Below, in pieces: positions 19,025-28,820 of a DNA stretch of 64,000 nucleotides. Each line of letters starts with the position of its first letter. Position 1 is the first letter of the stretch. The translations under genes and the position numbers were made by a program. Source of the stretch: Candidatus Latescibacterota bacterium (GTDB taxonomy: Bacteria; Latescibacterota; UBA2968; SICM01); contig CBDCJO010000002.1 in NCBI GenBank assembly GCA_965217865.1, forward strand, positions 4,896,001-4,960,000. Direction: 5' to 3'. Below the pieces are notes generated by a model. It ran no database searches, was not told the origin of the DNA, and saw nothing but the letters and a program-made list of their open reading frames with translations.

Positions 19025-19509
19025 TTACAATCCCTTAAGCCCCTGCTCAAAGTCTGCACAGAGGTCTTCGGGGGACTCGACGCCCACCGCAACCCGGATC
19101 AAGCGGTCGGAGATGCCGAGTCGAGCCCGATCCTTCGGGATCAGTCCCGAATGTGAGGTGGTGGCGGGTCGGGTGATCAGGGTCTCCACACCGCCGAGGC
19201 TGGGCGCGGAGATCGGGAGCTTCAATCGTGAGATCAGCTTATCCGCCTGTTCCACCCCCCCGCTCATCTCGAAACTCAACCCCCCCCCCGAGCTTCCCCC
19301 TTCTCGATGGCGGCTAACTTGGCGTGCAAAGCCAGGTGATTCGGAGTATTGTTCAGACGGATATATTTCAGGTCGTCATAGCTGCCCTGGCCCGTGTAAG
19401 TGAACGTCGCACTCTGAAAGACCGGCATGCTGACAGCCCCCTCGATCTTTTCCTGGGGTTCTCCCGCGTGGATCAGCATGGTTTGAAGATCTTGATAGGG
19501 TTTACCCAA
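19025..19509 (-). pseudogene. Cystathionine gamma-synthase / methionine gamma-lyase family gene with a large internal deletion
   Basis: N-terminus (IHAGE...GAVSMPVFQSATF...YIRLNNTPN...LAAIE) abuts the C-terminus (LSFE...APSLGGVETLI.RPATTSH...LIRVAVGVE) at a G10 run. The PLP-lysine core is absent. Confidence 0.85.
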
Positions 19510-19747
19510 TGGGACACCCTCCTCCGCTGGCTATCGCATCTGCCAGCGCATGTTCGTCACCTTGCCGCCCTTGAATGTAAACCACTTTGTCCAATCTGAA
19601 TGGGATCCGTCGACTCTCCGATTTTAGGAGAAGAACGACATGACAGGGCTCAGTGGCCCCTTCAAGAATGGCGAGCTCCATATCTGACACCGAAAATGTT
19701 GCGTGAAATCGCAAGTCGCCTTCTGATAGTTTAATAGTTTTCATCAT
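19502..19747 (-). CDS. Small hypothetical protein (possible IS passenger)
   Basis: 81 aa MMKTIKLSEG...GGGCPIG with an AAGGA RBS, immediately downstream of the transposase. Confidence 0.4.
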   Translation of the reverse strand: MMKTIKLSEGDLRFHATFSVSDMELAILEGATEPCHVVLLLKSESRRIPFRLDKVVYIQGRQGDEHALADAIASGGGCPIG

Positions 19748-19793
19748 CCGTATCCTTTTCTTTAGATGTTGCGTAGGTCGGGGCTTGTCTGGT

Positions 19794-20678
19794 TCATGTG
19801 AAGCATCCTTCAAGAAACGTTCCGAAGGCGTTCTCGTTCTTCCGGTTGTTGTATTTGTAGCAGGCTTCGGCCACGTATAGGGGCATGTAATGCTTTCTGT
19901 AGTGATGATGGGTTCCGTACCACGCTCGCTTGAGCAGGGACCAAAAGCCTTCGATGGTGTTGGTGTGGGTTGCTCCGTCCGCGTAGGCCATGGTGTGGTT
20001 GATGACGGAATGAGGCATGAACCTTCGCACGATGTCATAGGCTTGATATTCGTCTGAAATGAGGATAGAATCTTGAGGATCGACCGTTCTGGTAATAAAG
20101 TCGATGATGCTTCGTCCTGTGGTATCTTCTGCGACGCAGGCCGTGACGTTCCCGGATCGCTCCACCGCCCCCAGAACCGGAGTCTTTTTGGTTCCCCGGC
20201 CTCTCTTGTTCTTTGGTTTTTGGTCATCGTCCTTGCGGTTTCTGCGTCTTCTGGGCCGTCCTCCGACGTAGGTCTCGTCCGCTTCGATGATCCCCTTGAG
20301 CAGGGGGAGTTGTTTGGAGGCCATTGCCGCCCTTATTCGCTGTTGCATATACCATGCCGTGGATTGGATAAGGTTCAGGTCCCGGGCCAGCTGGTAACTG
20401 GACAGGCTTTTCTTGGCGTTAACGATCAATCCGATTGCGCAGAACCATTTTTGGAGAGGAATATGGGTGTTCTGCATGATGGTTTTGGACAATACGTTGA
20501 AGCTGGATTTGCAATCGTGACAGTTCCAACGCCCGATGCGGTTTCGCTCCTTCTTTTGCGCAACATCCATACCCCCGCAGAGCGGGCAGTAAGGCTCGTC
20601 CCCGAACCTGATCCTTTCAAGGTGATCTATGCATGATCTTTGGTTTGGGAACCGGTTGAGTATATCAAATAAATTCAT
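19794..20678 (-). mobile_element. IS1595-family transposase (ISXO2-like DDE domain with Zn ribbon)
   Basis: CPLC...CHDC zinc ribbon, IEADETYVGG, SDE, HTNTIEGFWSLLKR, Y..E..YKYN.R; AAGGAGG RBS. Element ends were not resolved. Confidence 0.95.
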
Positions 20679-20702
20679 GTGAACCTCCTTAAGTATATAT
20701 AT

Positions 20703-20731
20703 AATATACTTGATATGGGTCCACTTGTCAA
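20703..20731 (-). promoter_or_regulatory. Sigma70-type promoter of the transposase
   Basis: TTGACA-17 nt-TATATT on the minus strand; the -10 box lies within an AAGTATA...TATACTT inverted repeat. Confidence 0.7.
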
Positions 20732-20925
20732 GCCCAAATCGCTTTATCACCTTGTTTAATATCATCTTCCGTCATCGCCGTTCGGTTCTCCTTTCTGCGA
20801 GGAGGTGAGAGGTTTTAAATTCTGGCAAAGATAGTGTAGAAAACATTCGGTGTCAATCTTCATGAGACGTGCGTCCTGTGAATGGTTATCCCAGGGGGCG
20901 TATTCTCCAAGGAGGAGACGGACAT

Positions 20926-21771
20926 ATGGACCGAAAGGGTTATTCCAATCCGGGGCTCCTGATGTCTCCGGTCAAGGTGCTTGAACGCCTGGGTGATCCT
21001 GGCATCTGCATCGTGGATGTCAGACCCACCCACGCCTATGCACGGGGTCATATCCCGGGGGCTGTCCATCTGGACTTTTATGGAATCAGTCTGAACAATA
21101 CGGGGAACGAGGCCTTTCAGGCGTTTATGTGGACCTGTGAGTATCTGCTGGGAAGCCGGGGAATCGACTCGGGAAAGACGATCGTTTTCTACGAGGATTC
21201 GTCGGGGATGCGCGCGGCCAGGGGTTTCTGGATCTGCGAGTACCTCGGACACGAGGATGTCCACGTTTTGGACGGCGGTATGCCCGCCTGGAAGGCGGCC
21301 GGGGGGGAGGTCACGACGGACCACCCAGAACCCCCGCACGCGGAATTTCGGGGGAATCCGGTCCCGGAGAGGCACATCAGCGCGGAGGAGATACGTGAAT
21401 CGCTGGGGCGGGAAGACTTCCTGGTGCTCGACGTGCGAAGAGAAGATGAGTATTACGGACGGAAGGTTCGTGCGGCAAGAGGCGGGGCGATACCCGGTGC
21501 GATCCACGTCGAGTGGACCCGTAATCTGGACGATCAAGGGGCATTCAAATCCGGAGGAGAATTGAAGAGCCTTTACGAAGGGGCGGGGGTTTTACCCGGT
21601 AAGGAGATCGCCTGTCATTGCCAGGGTGGCTACCGCTCGGCCAACACCTATCTGGCGCTTCGTCTGCTCGGGTACCCGAAGGTTCGCAACTATATCGGTT
21701 CGTGGAAGGAGTGGGGGGACAGGATGGATCTGCCGGTGGAGATGCCAAGACCAAAGACCCGCGAAACGTGA
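20926..21771 (+). CDS. Two-domain sulfurtransferase (rhodanese)
   Basis: GHIPGAV, LDGGMPAW, DVRREDEY, catalytic CQGGYRS, YIGSWKEW. Confidence 0.92.
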   Translation: MDRKGYSNPGLLMSPVKVLERLGDPGICIVDVRPTHAYARGHIPGAVHLDFYGISLNNTGNEAFQAFMWTCEYLLGSRGIDSGKTIVFYEDSSGMRAARGFWICEYLGHEDVHVLDGGMPAWKAAGGEVTTDHPEPPHAEFRGNPVPERHISAEEIRESLGREDFLVLDVRREDEYYGRKVRAARGGAIPGAIHVEWTRNLDDQGAFKSGGELKSLYEGAGVLPGKEIACHCQGGYRSANTYLALRLLGYPKVRNYIGSWKEWGDRMDLPVEMPRPKTRET

Positions 21772-21857
21772 AGGCTGGGTTTCGGGTAAAATAAAGTTAG
21801 TGACGGGTCCTGAGCTTCGCCCTTTGAAGACAGGGTTTCTGCTTTTTGACGACCTAG

Positions 21858-22790
21858 CTACCCGAAGGTTGTCCTGAGCCGCCGGATGGTATCCTCTGAC
21901 AGCGGATTCCCGGAGGCCTTCACATTTTCAACGACCTGATCCGGCGTTTTTGCCCCGGGGATTACGGTTGAGACTGCGGGATGGGCCAGGGCGAACCGGA
22001 GGGATCCCTCGGTTAAAGTGGAGGCTTCTTCAAGAAGGAAACCGAGCCGGCCGACTTTGGCGGCCATTTTCACGCACCGGCTCATCGGATAGGTCTGGCT
22101 GCGGTGGTCATCCTGAGGAAACGCCGTCTCGGCGCTGTATTTACCCGTTAACCACCCCGATGCAAGCGGCACCCGAACGATGATCCCCACCCCTTTTTCC
22201 TGAGCCAAAGGGAAGATCGTGTCTCCTACCTTCTGCTGGAGGATGTTGTAAACCAGTTGGAGCGCTTGAGCGCCTCCCTCGATGGCCCGCATACCCTCTT
22301 CGATTGAGTCGATCGAGACGCCCCACGAACGAATCCTCCCACCTGTTTTCAAGTCTTCCATCAAACTGAATAACTCGTCCGTCATGACTTCCTCCTCCGG
22401 TCCGTGAAGCAGATAAAGATCGATGCAGTCCATCTCAAGCCGGGTAAGGCTGGCGTCGAGCGAGCCCCGAATATAATCCGGCGAGAAATCCTGGCCTGGC
22501 AGAGACAGCCTGTTTCCCACCTTCGTAGCAATTACCGCGTCTTCTTTGTTCCCGAGTAAACCGAGACCGACCAGCACCTCGCTTTTGCCCCGCCCATAGG
22601 CATCGGCCGTGTCGTAGAAGGTTACTCCCAGCTCCCAGGCTCGTCGGACCGCCTCGAGGGATTGATCGATTTCCGCTCCAGCCCAGCCAGAAGGATGGCC
22701 CCCCCTGAAGGATGCCCCACCGATCCCCCAACAACCCAGACCGATTTCGGAGACACTGATACCGGTTTTTCCGAGTTCGCGGAACTCCAT
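21858..22790 (-). CDS. Aldo/keto reductase
   Basis: VSEIGLGCW, DTADAYG, ATKVG, DLYLLH, VIPGAKT. Confidence 0.92.
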   Translation of the reverse strand: MEFRELGKTGISVSEIGLGCWGIGGASFRGGHPSGWAGAEIDQSLEAVRRAWELGVTFYDTADAYGRGKSEVLVGLGLLGNKEDAVIATKVGNRLSLPGQDFSPDYIRGSLDASLTRLEMDCIDLYLLHGPEEEVMTDELFSLMEDLKTGGRIRSWGVSIDSIEEGMRAIEGGAQALQLVYNILQQKVGDTIFPLAQEKGVGIIVRVPLASGWLTGKYSAETAFPQDDHRSQTYPMSRCVKMAAKVGRLGFLLEEASTLTEGSLRFALAHPAVSTVIPGAKTPDQVVENVKASGNPLSEDTIRRLRTTFG

Positions 22791-22810
22791 AGTTTATGCC
22801 TTTCTTTTTA

Positions 22811-22839
22811 TTGACATTTTCTGAGCCTCGATGTATCCT
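22811..22839 (+). promoter_or_regulatory. Sigma70-type promoter of pfkA
   Basis: TTGACA-17 nt-TATCCT. Confidence 0.55.
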
Positions 22840-22898
22840 GTTTTATATAAATAATTTTTGCTGATTCCGCAGTTTATACATTTCACAGTGGATTACGA

Positions 22899-24002
22899 GT
22901 GAACGCCGGCATCAAGAAAGTTCTGGTCGTCACCGGCGGCGGAGACGCTCCGGGTCTCAACGCCGTCATCCGGGCTATTGTAAAGCTTGCGGTCCGCGGT
23001 TACGGATGGGAGGTTGTCGGCAGTGCAGACGCATATAACGGTATCCTGTCCGACCCGATGGATGTCTGCCCTCTTACGATGGAGAGCGTCCGGGGTCTCC
23101 TGGCCCGGGGGGGCACGATACTGGGTACGACCAGTAAGGGCTCGCCTTTCGAATTTCCAATCCAGGGACCCGACGGGCAATGGACTGAAGTGGATCGATC
23201 CGACGACCTGATCGAACGGATCAGCGACCTCGAGGTGGATGCCGTGATCAGCATGGGCGGAGAGGGCTCCCAGGCCATCTCGCAGAGGTTGTTTGAAAAG
23301 GGTCTCCCGATCGTCGGGGTCCCCAAGACAATCGACAACGATCTGTCCGCCACGGATATGACCTTCGGTTACCAGACCGCGGTTGAGACTGCCACGGATG
23401 CCGTCGACAAACTCCATTCCACGGCCGAGAGCCACGATCGCGTGATGATCCTTGAGGTGATGGGCCGGGACGCCGGCTGGATTGCCATGGCCTCCGGGAT
23501 CGCGGGGGGCGCCGATGTGATCCTGATTCCAGAAATCCCCTACGACATCGAAAAGGTGGCCAAGCGGGTCAAAATCAGGAGTCGCAGGGGGATCATGTTT
23601 TCAATCATCGTCGTGGCAGAGGGTGCTTACCCGAAGGATGGGGCGCCCATCGGGGAGAAAAGCGACATTTTGGGCCGCCAGCAACCTATTCTCGGTGGGG
23701 TCGGAAGGTGGCTGGTCAAGCAACTCCAGGGTCTCACCAACCAGGAAGCCCGGGTTACGGTCCTCGGCCATCTACAGCGCGGCGGAAGCCCGTGTGCGAT
23801 GGACCGCATCCTGGCATCACAATATGGTGTGGCCGCGGTCGAGCTGGTTGCAGAAGGCAAGTTCGGTCAAATGGTCTCCCTTCGGCACCAGGAGATCGTC
23901 AGCGTTCCGCTAACGGAAGCCATCAAAGAATATCACTACGTTGACCTGAACCATCCCCTGATTCATACCGCAAGGGCTCTGGGGATCAGCCTCGGGGATT
24001 GA
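22899..24002 (+). CDS. pfkA: 6-phosphofructokinase (group III, probably ATP-dependent)
   Basis: GGGDAPGLN, GGTILGT, GGEGS, PKTIDND, EVMGR, LGHLQRGG. Confidence 0.93.
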   Translation: MNAGIKKVLVVTGGGDAPGLNAVIRAIVKLAVRGYGWEVVGSADAYNGILSDPMDVCPLTMESVRGLLARGGTILGTTSKGSPFEFPIQGPDGQWTEVDRSDDLIERISDLEVDAVISMGGEGSQAISQRLFEKGLPIVGVPKTIDNDLSATDMTFGYQTAVETATDAVDKLHSTAESHDRVMILEVMGRDAGWIAMASGIAGGADVILIPEIPYDIEKVAKRVKIRSRRGIMFSIIVVAEGAYPKDGAPIGEKSDILGRQQPILGGVGRWLVKQLQGLTNQEARVTVLGHLQRGGSPCAMDRILASQYGVAAVELVAEGKFGQMVSLRHQEIVSVPLTEAIKEYHYVDLNHPLIHTARALGISLGD

Positions 24003-24018
24003 ACCTGTTTCCCGAGGC

Positions 24019-24930
24019 TTACGCCCCGATTTCTTCCCGTTGTTCCCGATTGACGATTGCAATGCCCGCCCCGACGAGGATCATGCTGGCCAGGAGGCCC
24101 GGCGAGATCGTCTCGTGGAGCAGAAGATCGCTCAGGAGGACTCCGAACACGGGAGTACAAAAACCGAATACTCCCAGCCGACTTGCGCTGTATCGTCGCA
24201 AGAGGGTTGTGTGAATAACAAAACAGAAACCGGCGACCACAAGCCCCTGGTAGAGAATGGCCACGATGATGGTGGGATCGAACCGGTAACCGGCCCCACC
24301 TTCGAAAAGCGCACTGAGAAGGATGAAGAACGGCAAGCTCAAGGTCGATTGCCAGAGGAGGAGCTTGTAGGGATGAATCGCCTGAGTGAGGCGCTTACTG
24401 TAGACTTGACGGGCGCCCAGCAGGATGCCGCTTCCTAAAACCATTATGTCTCCGGACAGGTTCGAAAAATCGCCGAGCTTCAGGGATTCCCCGAAGATGA
24501 GGACGACTCCGGAAAATGAGAGAACCATTCCGAACACCTTGAGCCGGCTGAGTCTATCTCCCGGAACGAAAATATGTGCGAAGAGGGCCGTAAAGAAGGG
24601 ATAGATGGTGATCAGCACGATCGATCGGCTTGCGAGGGTATGGTGGGTTCCCAGGTTGAGGAGAAGGATCTGGGCCAGGAACAACAGAGACAATAGGAAG
24701 AGGCGAAGTCGGTCGCACGCCTCCATACGGAGGGAAATACCATTCAGCAGGGACAAGAAAATAACCACAAGGGAACCGATCAAAAATCGGACCCCCGCCA
24801 GCGCTATCGGAGGCAAACCGACCAGGGCCAGTTTGATCGAAACCGAATTGCCCCCCCAGAGTATTGCCGCCAGGATGGCCAGGGCGCCCGCTCGTGGTGT
24901 GATGGATTCATTGAGGACTTTCAAAGGCAT
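24019..24930 (-). CDS. DMT/EamA family transporter
   Basis: Ten hydrophobic segments in two EamA repeats; LWG, RFLIG, TPVFGV. Confidence 0.88.
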   Translation of the reverse strand: MPLKVLNESITPRAGALAILAAILWGGNSVSIKLALVGLPPIALAGVRFLIGSLVVIFLSLLNGISLRMEACDRLRLFLLSLLFLAQILLLNLGTHHTLASRSIVLITIYPFFTALFAHIFVPGDRLSRLKVFGMVLSFSGVVLIFGESLKLGDFSNLSGDIMVLGSGILLGARQVYSKRLTQAIHPYKLLLWQSTLSLPFFILLSALFEGGAGYRFDPTIIVAILYQGLVVAGFCFVIHTTLLRRYSASRLGVFGFCTPVFGVLLSDLLLHETISPGLLASMILVGAGIAIVNREQREEIGA

Positions 24931-25058
24931 ATATCCGTCGACTCTTGTGTGGAAAAAAACTTGAATATACAGGCCCCTTCTTAAACGGTCAACCTTTTTT
25001 GACGCGGTGAAATTGTTCTGGGATAATCATCAAGGTGTGGAACAGGCAGAGGTGTTCA

Positions 25059-26096
25059 GTGGATGAGATCAAGGTGATATTCGATGGTGTGCCGACGGGT
25101 ACTCTGGAGGAGGTTGGGTTGAAAGAGGCAGATGTGGAAGTTCCCCTGGAGCGGTTTTGCGCGTCTGTGGGGGCGGATCTGGACGTATCAGAGGGTAAGA
25201 CGGTTGTCTGTTCGGGAGATCTCTGCGTCATGGTGGAGGTCACGCGCACTCATGAGGGGAAGTCCTTTACCTGGTTATCCGGATTGACCCAGGCGCTCGG
25301 ACTGACCTGGGTCTTTCAGGAGGGGGACCGGGAACTCCGGTTGACAACGGAAGTTGAAAGGACAACCGGGGTGAGTCTGCGGGTGGGTGACCTCGCACCC
25401 GAATTCACGCTTCCGGACCTGTCCGGGCGGTTGTGTTCTTCCAGTTCGTTCAGGGGAAGGAAATCCGTCTTTTATGTCTGGGCTTCCTGGTGAGGCTGTC
25501 GAGGCCAGCTGCCCGGGTGGCAGTCCTTCTTTTCAAGGTTCCAAAATTCGATCCGGGTGGTGGTCATCGCGGCGGATGCGCAAGGTCCCGAAGTGGTGAA
25601 GCCGTGGGTCGAAGGGATGGATTTCCAGACACTGGTCGATCGGAACAACCTCCTCGGCAAGTTGCTGAACGTTAAATTCGTCCCCTATATCATCCCTGTG
25701 GATGAAAAGGGGCGGCTTTGCCGGGGGATTGCCGGTTTCGACATCCAGGAGGCGAATCTCAGGGATGACCTTGAGACCTGGGCTGCCACGGGGATGATTC
25801 CCAAGGCCTGGCATGAGGCGGAAGGCAAAAAGGTCCCATCTTGGAACCTGACACCGGATGGCCGGGAGGCAGACGATAGGTATCAGCGTGCGGTCAGGCT
25901 GCTGGATGAGGGAGAGCGGGAGGAGGCGATTGCCGAACTCTACGCGGCTTTCAGACGGGACCCGCAAAACTGGATCATTCGTAAACAACTATGGGCTGTG
26001 GAACATCCCGAGGCTTTCTACAAAGGTCCCGTGGATTACGATTGGCAGCGACGGAGGCAACAGGAGGAGGACAAAAACGTGGAGCGTATCTCTTAA
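25059..26096 (+). CDS. Selenocysteine-containing redoxin (ResA/TlpA-like, WAxxUGC motif) with a C-terminal TPR-like helical domain, about 345 aa
   Basis: Track ORFs 25035..25493 and 25557..26096 are in the same frame. APEFTLPDLSG...WASW[TGA]GCRGQLPGWQ reads through with no other stop. A hairpin follows the TGA. Confidence 0.85.
25494..25530 (+). promoter_or_regulatory. Putative bacterial SECIS element
   Basis: Stem CTGCC/GGCAG with G-containing loop CGGGT about 20 nt after UGA 25491-25493; lower pairing GAGG/CCTTC. Confidence 0.6.
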
Positions 26097-26098
26097 AG

Positions 26099-26303
26099 CG
26101 TGAAGCGGTCAAAACCCGTGGATCGTTATTCGTGAATCGGGGTTCGGAAGTCGGGGGTCAGAGATCAGGGATCGGAGGTCAGGGAAGTCAAAACCGGTAG
26201 TCAGGGGTCGGAAGCCAGGGAAAATGAAGATTGAAAATCGAAGAGATCCAGAATAAGCCCTGAGGTGTTCAAATATTCAATTTTCCGATATTCAATCCTC
26301 AAT
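26099..26303. repeat. Heptamer repeat arrays, partly in inverted pairs
   Basis: cggaagt cgggggt cagagat cagggat cggaggt; GATTGAAAATCG...CGATATTCAATC inverted pair. Confidence 0.7.
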
Positions 26304-26315
26304 GAAGTTTTTGAG

Positions 26316-26341
26316 GTAGGAGCCGCCTTCTGGCGGCGAAT
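26316..26341 (+). repeat. GTAG-family REP element
   Basis: GTAGGA-GCCGCC-TTCT-GGCGGC-GAAT. Confidence 0.55.
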
Positions 26342-26436
26342 ATGAAAAAGGACGTGAAGCGGGAAACCCCATATTCTTCAGGGTTTCGACGAGGTAAGCT
26401 TCACGATTCACGTTTTTCTTCAGGAGATCCTTTAAG

Positions 26437-27054
26437 ATGAATGGGAAATTTAGCCCGATCGGGAATTTTCTCAGTTCAAAAAAAGCAATTTTTGCGATCC
26501 TGGGGATAGTGTTGCTTTTTCCCGTGCAAAACCCTCAGGCCATGAAGGTCGTGGCCTTAAGACTCCAGGAGATGGTCGGACGTGCGGATCGCATCTTCGT
26601 CGGCACCTGTCTGGACGCGAAAAGCGAGGTCGATCCAAACCGAGGGTTTGTGGTAACAACCTATACCTTCTCGGTCGTTCATCCGGTTAAAGGAGATGTT
26701 GAAAAAACCGTACTGTTTCGACAGTACGGAGGAAGGACCGCGAAACGAAGATCGTTTATCGACGGCCTGCCGGTCTACCGACCGGGTCAGGAAGTCGTGC
26801 TCTTCCTGAAACCGGTGAGCGAATGGGGTCTCACGAGCCCTGTGGGCGTATTTCAGGGATGTTTCGGAGTTACCAGATCCAGGGCGGGGAGGCGTTTTGT
26901 GGTCAACAGCCCTTATTCCCGTCACCTTTCCGGCCAGGCATTGTTTCGAACAGCGCACGCCTTTTCCAAGCCCGCCCGACTGTCGCCCGAGGGTCGCATG
27001 GATCTTGAGGATTTCATCGAATTGATCGTGGGTATGGTAGAGGATGGTGAATAA
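26437..27054 (+). CDS. Exported hypothetical protein coupled to the downstream metalloprotease
   Basis: Signal peptide; ADRIFVGT...FRQYGG...PVYRPGQEVVLFL...PVGVFQG; overlaps the next gene. Confidence 0.75.
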   Translation: MNGKFSPIGNFLSSKKAIFAILGIVLLFPVQNPQAMKVVALRLQEMVGRADRIFVGTCLDAKSEVDPNRGFVVTTYTFSVVHPVKGDVEKTVLFRQYGGRTAKRRSFIDGLPVYRPGQEVVLFLKPVSEWGLTSPVGVFQGCFGVTRSRAGRRFVVNSPYSRHLSGQALFRTAHAFSKPARLSPEGRMDLEDFIELIVGMVEDGE

Positions 27055-28771
27055 GCGAAGAAACCATGGGACTACCATCAGGGAATCAAATCGAAAGCCA
27101 GATCGTTGTTGTTTCGGATTTCGGTTTCTTTGCAACGGATTCTTGATCTTAGTCCTGATCATCCTGTTGTCCTCGCCCGTCTCGGCCTACACCTTCCTGG
27201 TTGTGGACGAGACCGACGACGGGCCTGCCGCCTATCGATGGGACCCTAAAGAAAAAGTGGAATATCTGGTGGACGCGGGGAATCTGAGCCCGTCTATCAA
27301 TAACGCCGACGGGGTGAACCTTATCCAGAGCGCCTTCGATCGATGGGAAAATGGGACATGGAACGGCCGGAAGGTCATGGATCTGGATATAAGCTACGCT
27401 GGATTAACAAACATTGAAATTACGAGGAATAATTTTGAACTGTTCGAGGGGCAATCGGTCATCATCTTTGACAGAGATGGCTCGATCATCGATGCCCTGC
27501 TGGGAGGTGGAAGCTTTGTACTCGGTTTCGCGGAGGTGACAAACGTTGACGACGGGGAGGGAACTATTACGGCCGCCCGCGCTTTCTTTAACGGCACGAC
27601 CGCGGACAGGGCGGATCTGGGGGACTTCGAAGCGACCGTCGTCCACGAGTTGGGGCACTTCCTGGGTTTGGGGCACACCTATGTCGCCCAGGAGTTATTG
27701 AACGGGAACCCTTCTGATGACGGGCCGATACCGACGATGTATCCGACGAGCCTGGACGACGATACACACATGCGGACGCCTGAGTTGGATGACCTCGCGG
27801 GCATGGGCGATCTTTACGGATCGACGGAATTCCGGATGGAACTGGGTATTCTCGCGGGGAATGCCTCCTGGCCAGAGGATCTGCCGGTGCTTGGTGGGCA
27901 CGTCGAGGCGAGAAACCTGTCCGAAACCGGGATCCGGATCGGCGTTATTACGGGCTATCTGCAGGATGGGACCGGAAGTTATCGTATGGTGGGCTTACCG
28001 CCCGGGGATTACAAGGTGACGCTCGAGGCGATCCCGTTTAGTTTCGAAGGCGCATCCGTCATCGGACAGTATGATCCGCCGCTCCGGGATCTATTTCCGA
28101 CCTTGACTCATAAAACGCCGTCGGATACCTCGGACTTTACGACGGTCACCGTGTCAGCGGACAAGGTTTCGACCGTAGATTTTGTCATTCCCGAAGAGAA
28201 CTCAGGCTTCACGGTCGATCGGTTCTCAAGACTCAGTCCGATCTCTCTTGACGACGATGAGGTCACGACAGACACCCTGATGGTACCAAGGGAGATAATG
28301 ATCTCAGACTTTAAGGTCTTTTTAGACATCGTACACACGTACATCGGGGATCTCAAGATCAGTCTCACATCCCCTTCAGGGCGGACGGTTCTCCTGGTCT
28401 CGCAAGTGGGATTTTCCGGCAACCTGATCGAGACGACGTTTACACGGGAGAAGGTGCCGGCACTTTCGGGGTTTATAGATGAAGGCGCTGAGGGGACGTG
28501 GACCCTGGCCGTTGCGGACACGGCGCCTGAGGATGTGGGCACGCTTCGAAGGTGGTGGATCACGATCCTGAGCGAGGGGGCGACGACGCTCCAATCGGAC
28601 TTTAATTCGGACGGAGAGGTGGACCTGGATGATTTCTTCCTGTTTGCTGCGGTCTTCGGAACGGAGACGGGGGAGGCGGGGTTCGATCCGAAGTTCGACC
28701 TGAGCGTTAACGGAAAAATCGACTTCGACGACTTTTTTATGTTTGCGGCGAATTTTGGAAAAAAGGTTTAA
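27044..28771 (+). CDS. Secreted metzincin (matrixin-like) protease with proprotein-convertase P domain and a dockerin/EF-hand-like tail
   Basis: HELGHFLGLGH with Met-turn PTMYP; HTYIGDL.ISLTSPSG...GTWTL.V.D (P domain); DFNSDGEVDLDDFFLFAAVFG and DLSVNGKIDFDDFFMFAANFG. Confidence 0.88.
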   Translation: MVNKRRNHGTTIRESNRKPDRCCFGFRFLCNGFLILVLIILLSSPVSAYTFLVVDETDDGPAAYRWDPKEKVEYLVDAGNLSPSINNADGVNLIQSAFDRWENGTWNGRKVMDLDISYAGLTNIEITRNNFELFEGQSVIIFDRDGSIIDALLGGGSFVLGFAEVTNVDDGEGTITAARAFFNGTTADRADLGDFEATVVHELGHFLGLGHTYVAQELLNGNPSDDGPIPTMYPTSLDDDTHMRTPELDDLAGMGDLYGSTEFRMELGILAGNASWPEDLPVLGGHVEARNLSETGIRIGVITGYLQDGTGSYRMVGLPPGDYKVTLEAIPFSFEGASVIGQYDPPLRDLFPTLTHKTPSDTSDFTTVTVSADKVSTVDFVIPEENSGFTVDRFSRLSPISLDDDEVTTDTLMVPREIMISDFKVFLDIVHTYIGDLKISLTSPSGRTVLLVSQVGFSGNLIETTFTREKVPALSGFIDEGAEGTWTLAVADTAPEDVGTLRRWWITILSEGATTLQSDFNSDGEVDLDDFFLFAAVFGTETGEAGFDPKFDLSVNGKIDFDDFFMFAANFGKKV

Positions 28772-28820
28772 TGTGTATTTCTTGAGAAGTGAAACATATA
28801 TATTCGACTGGGGATAAAAC

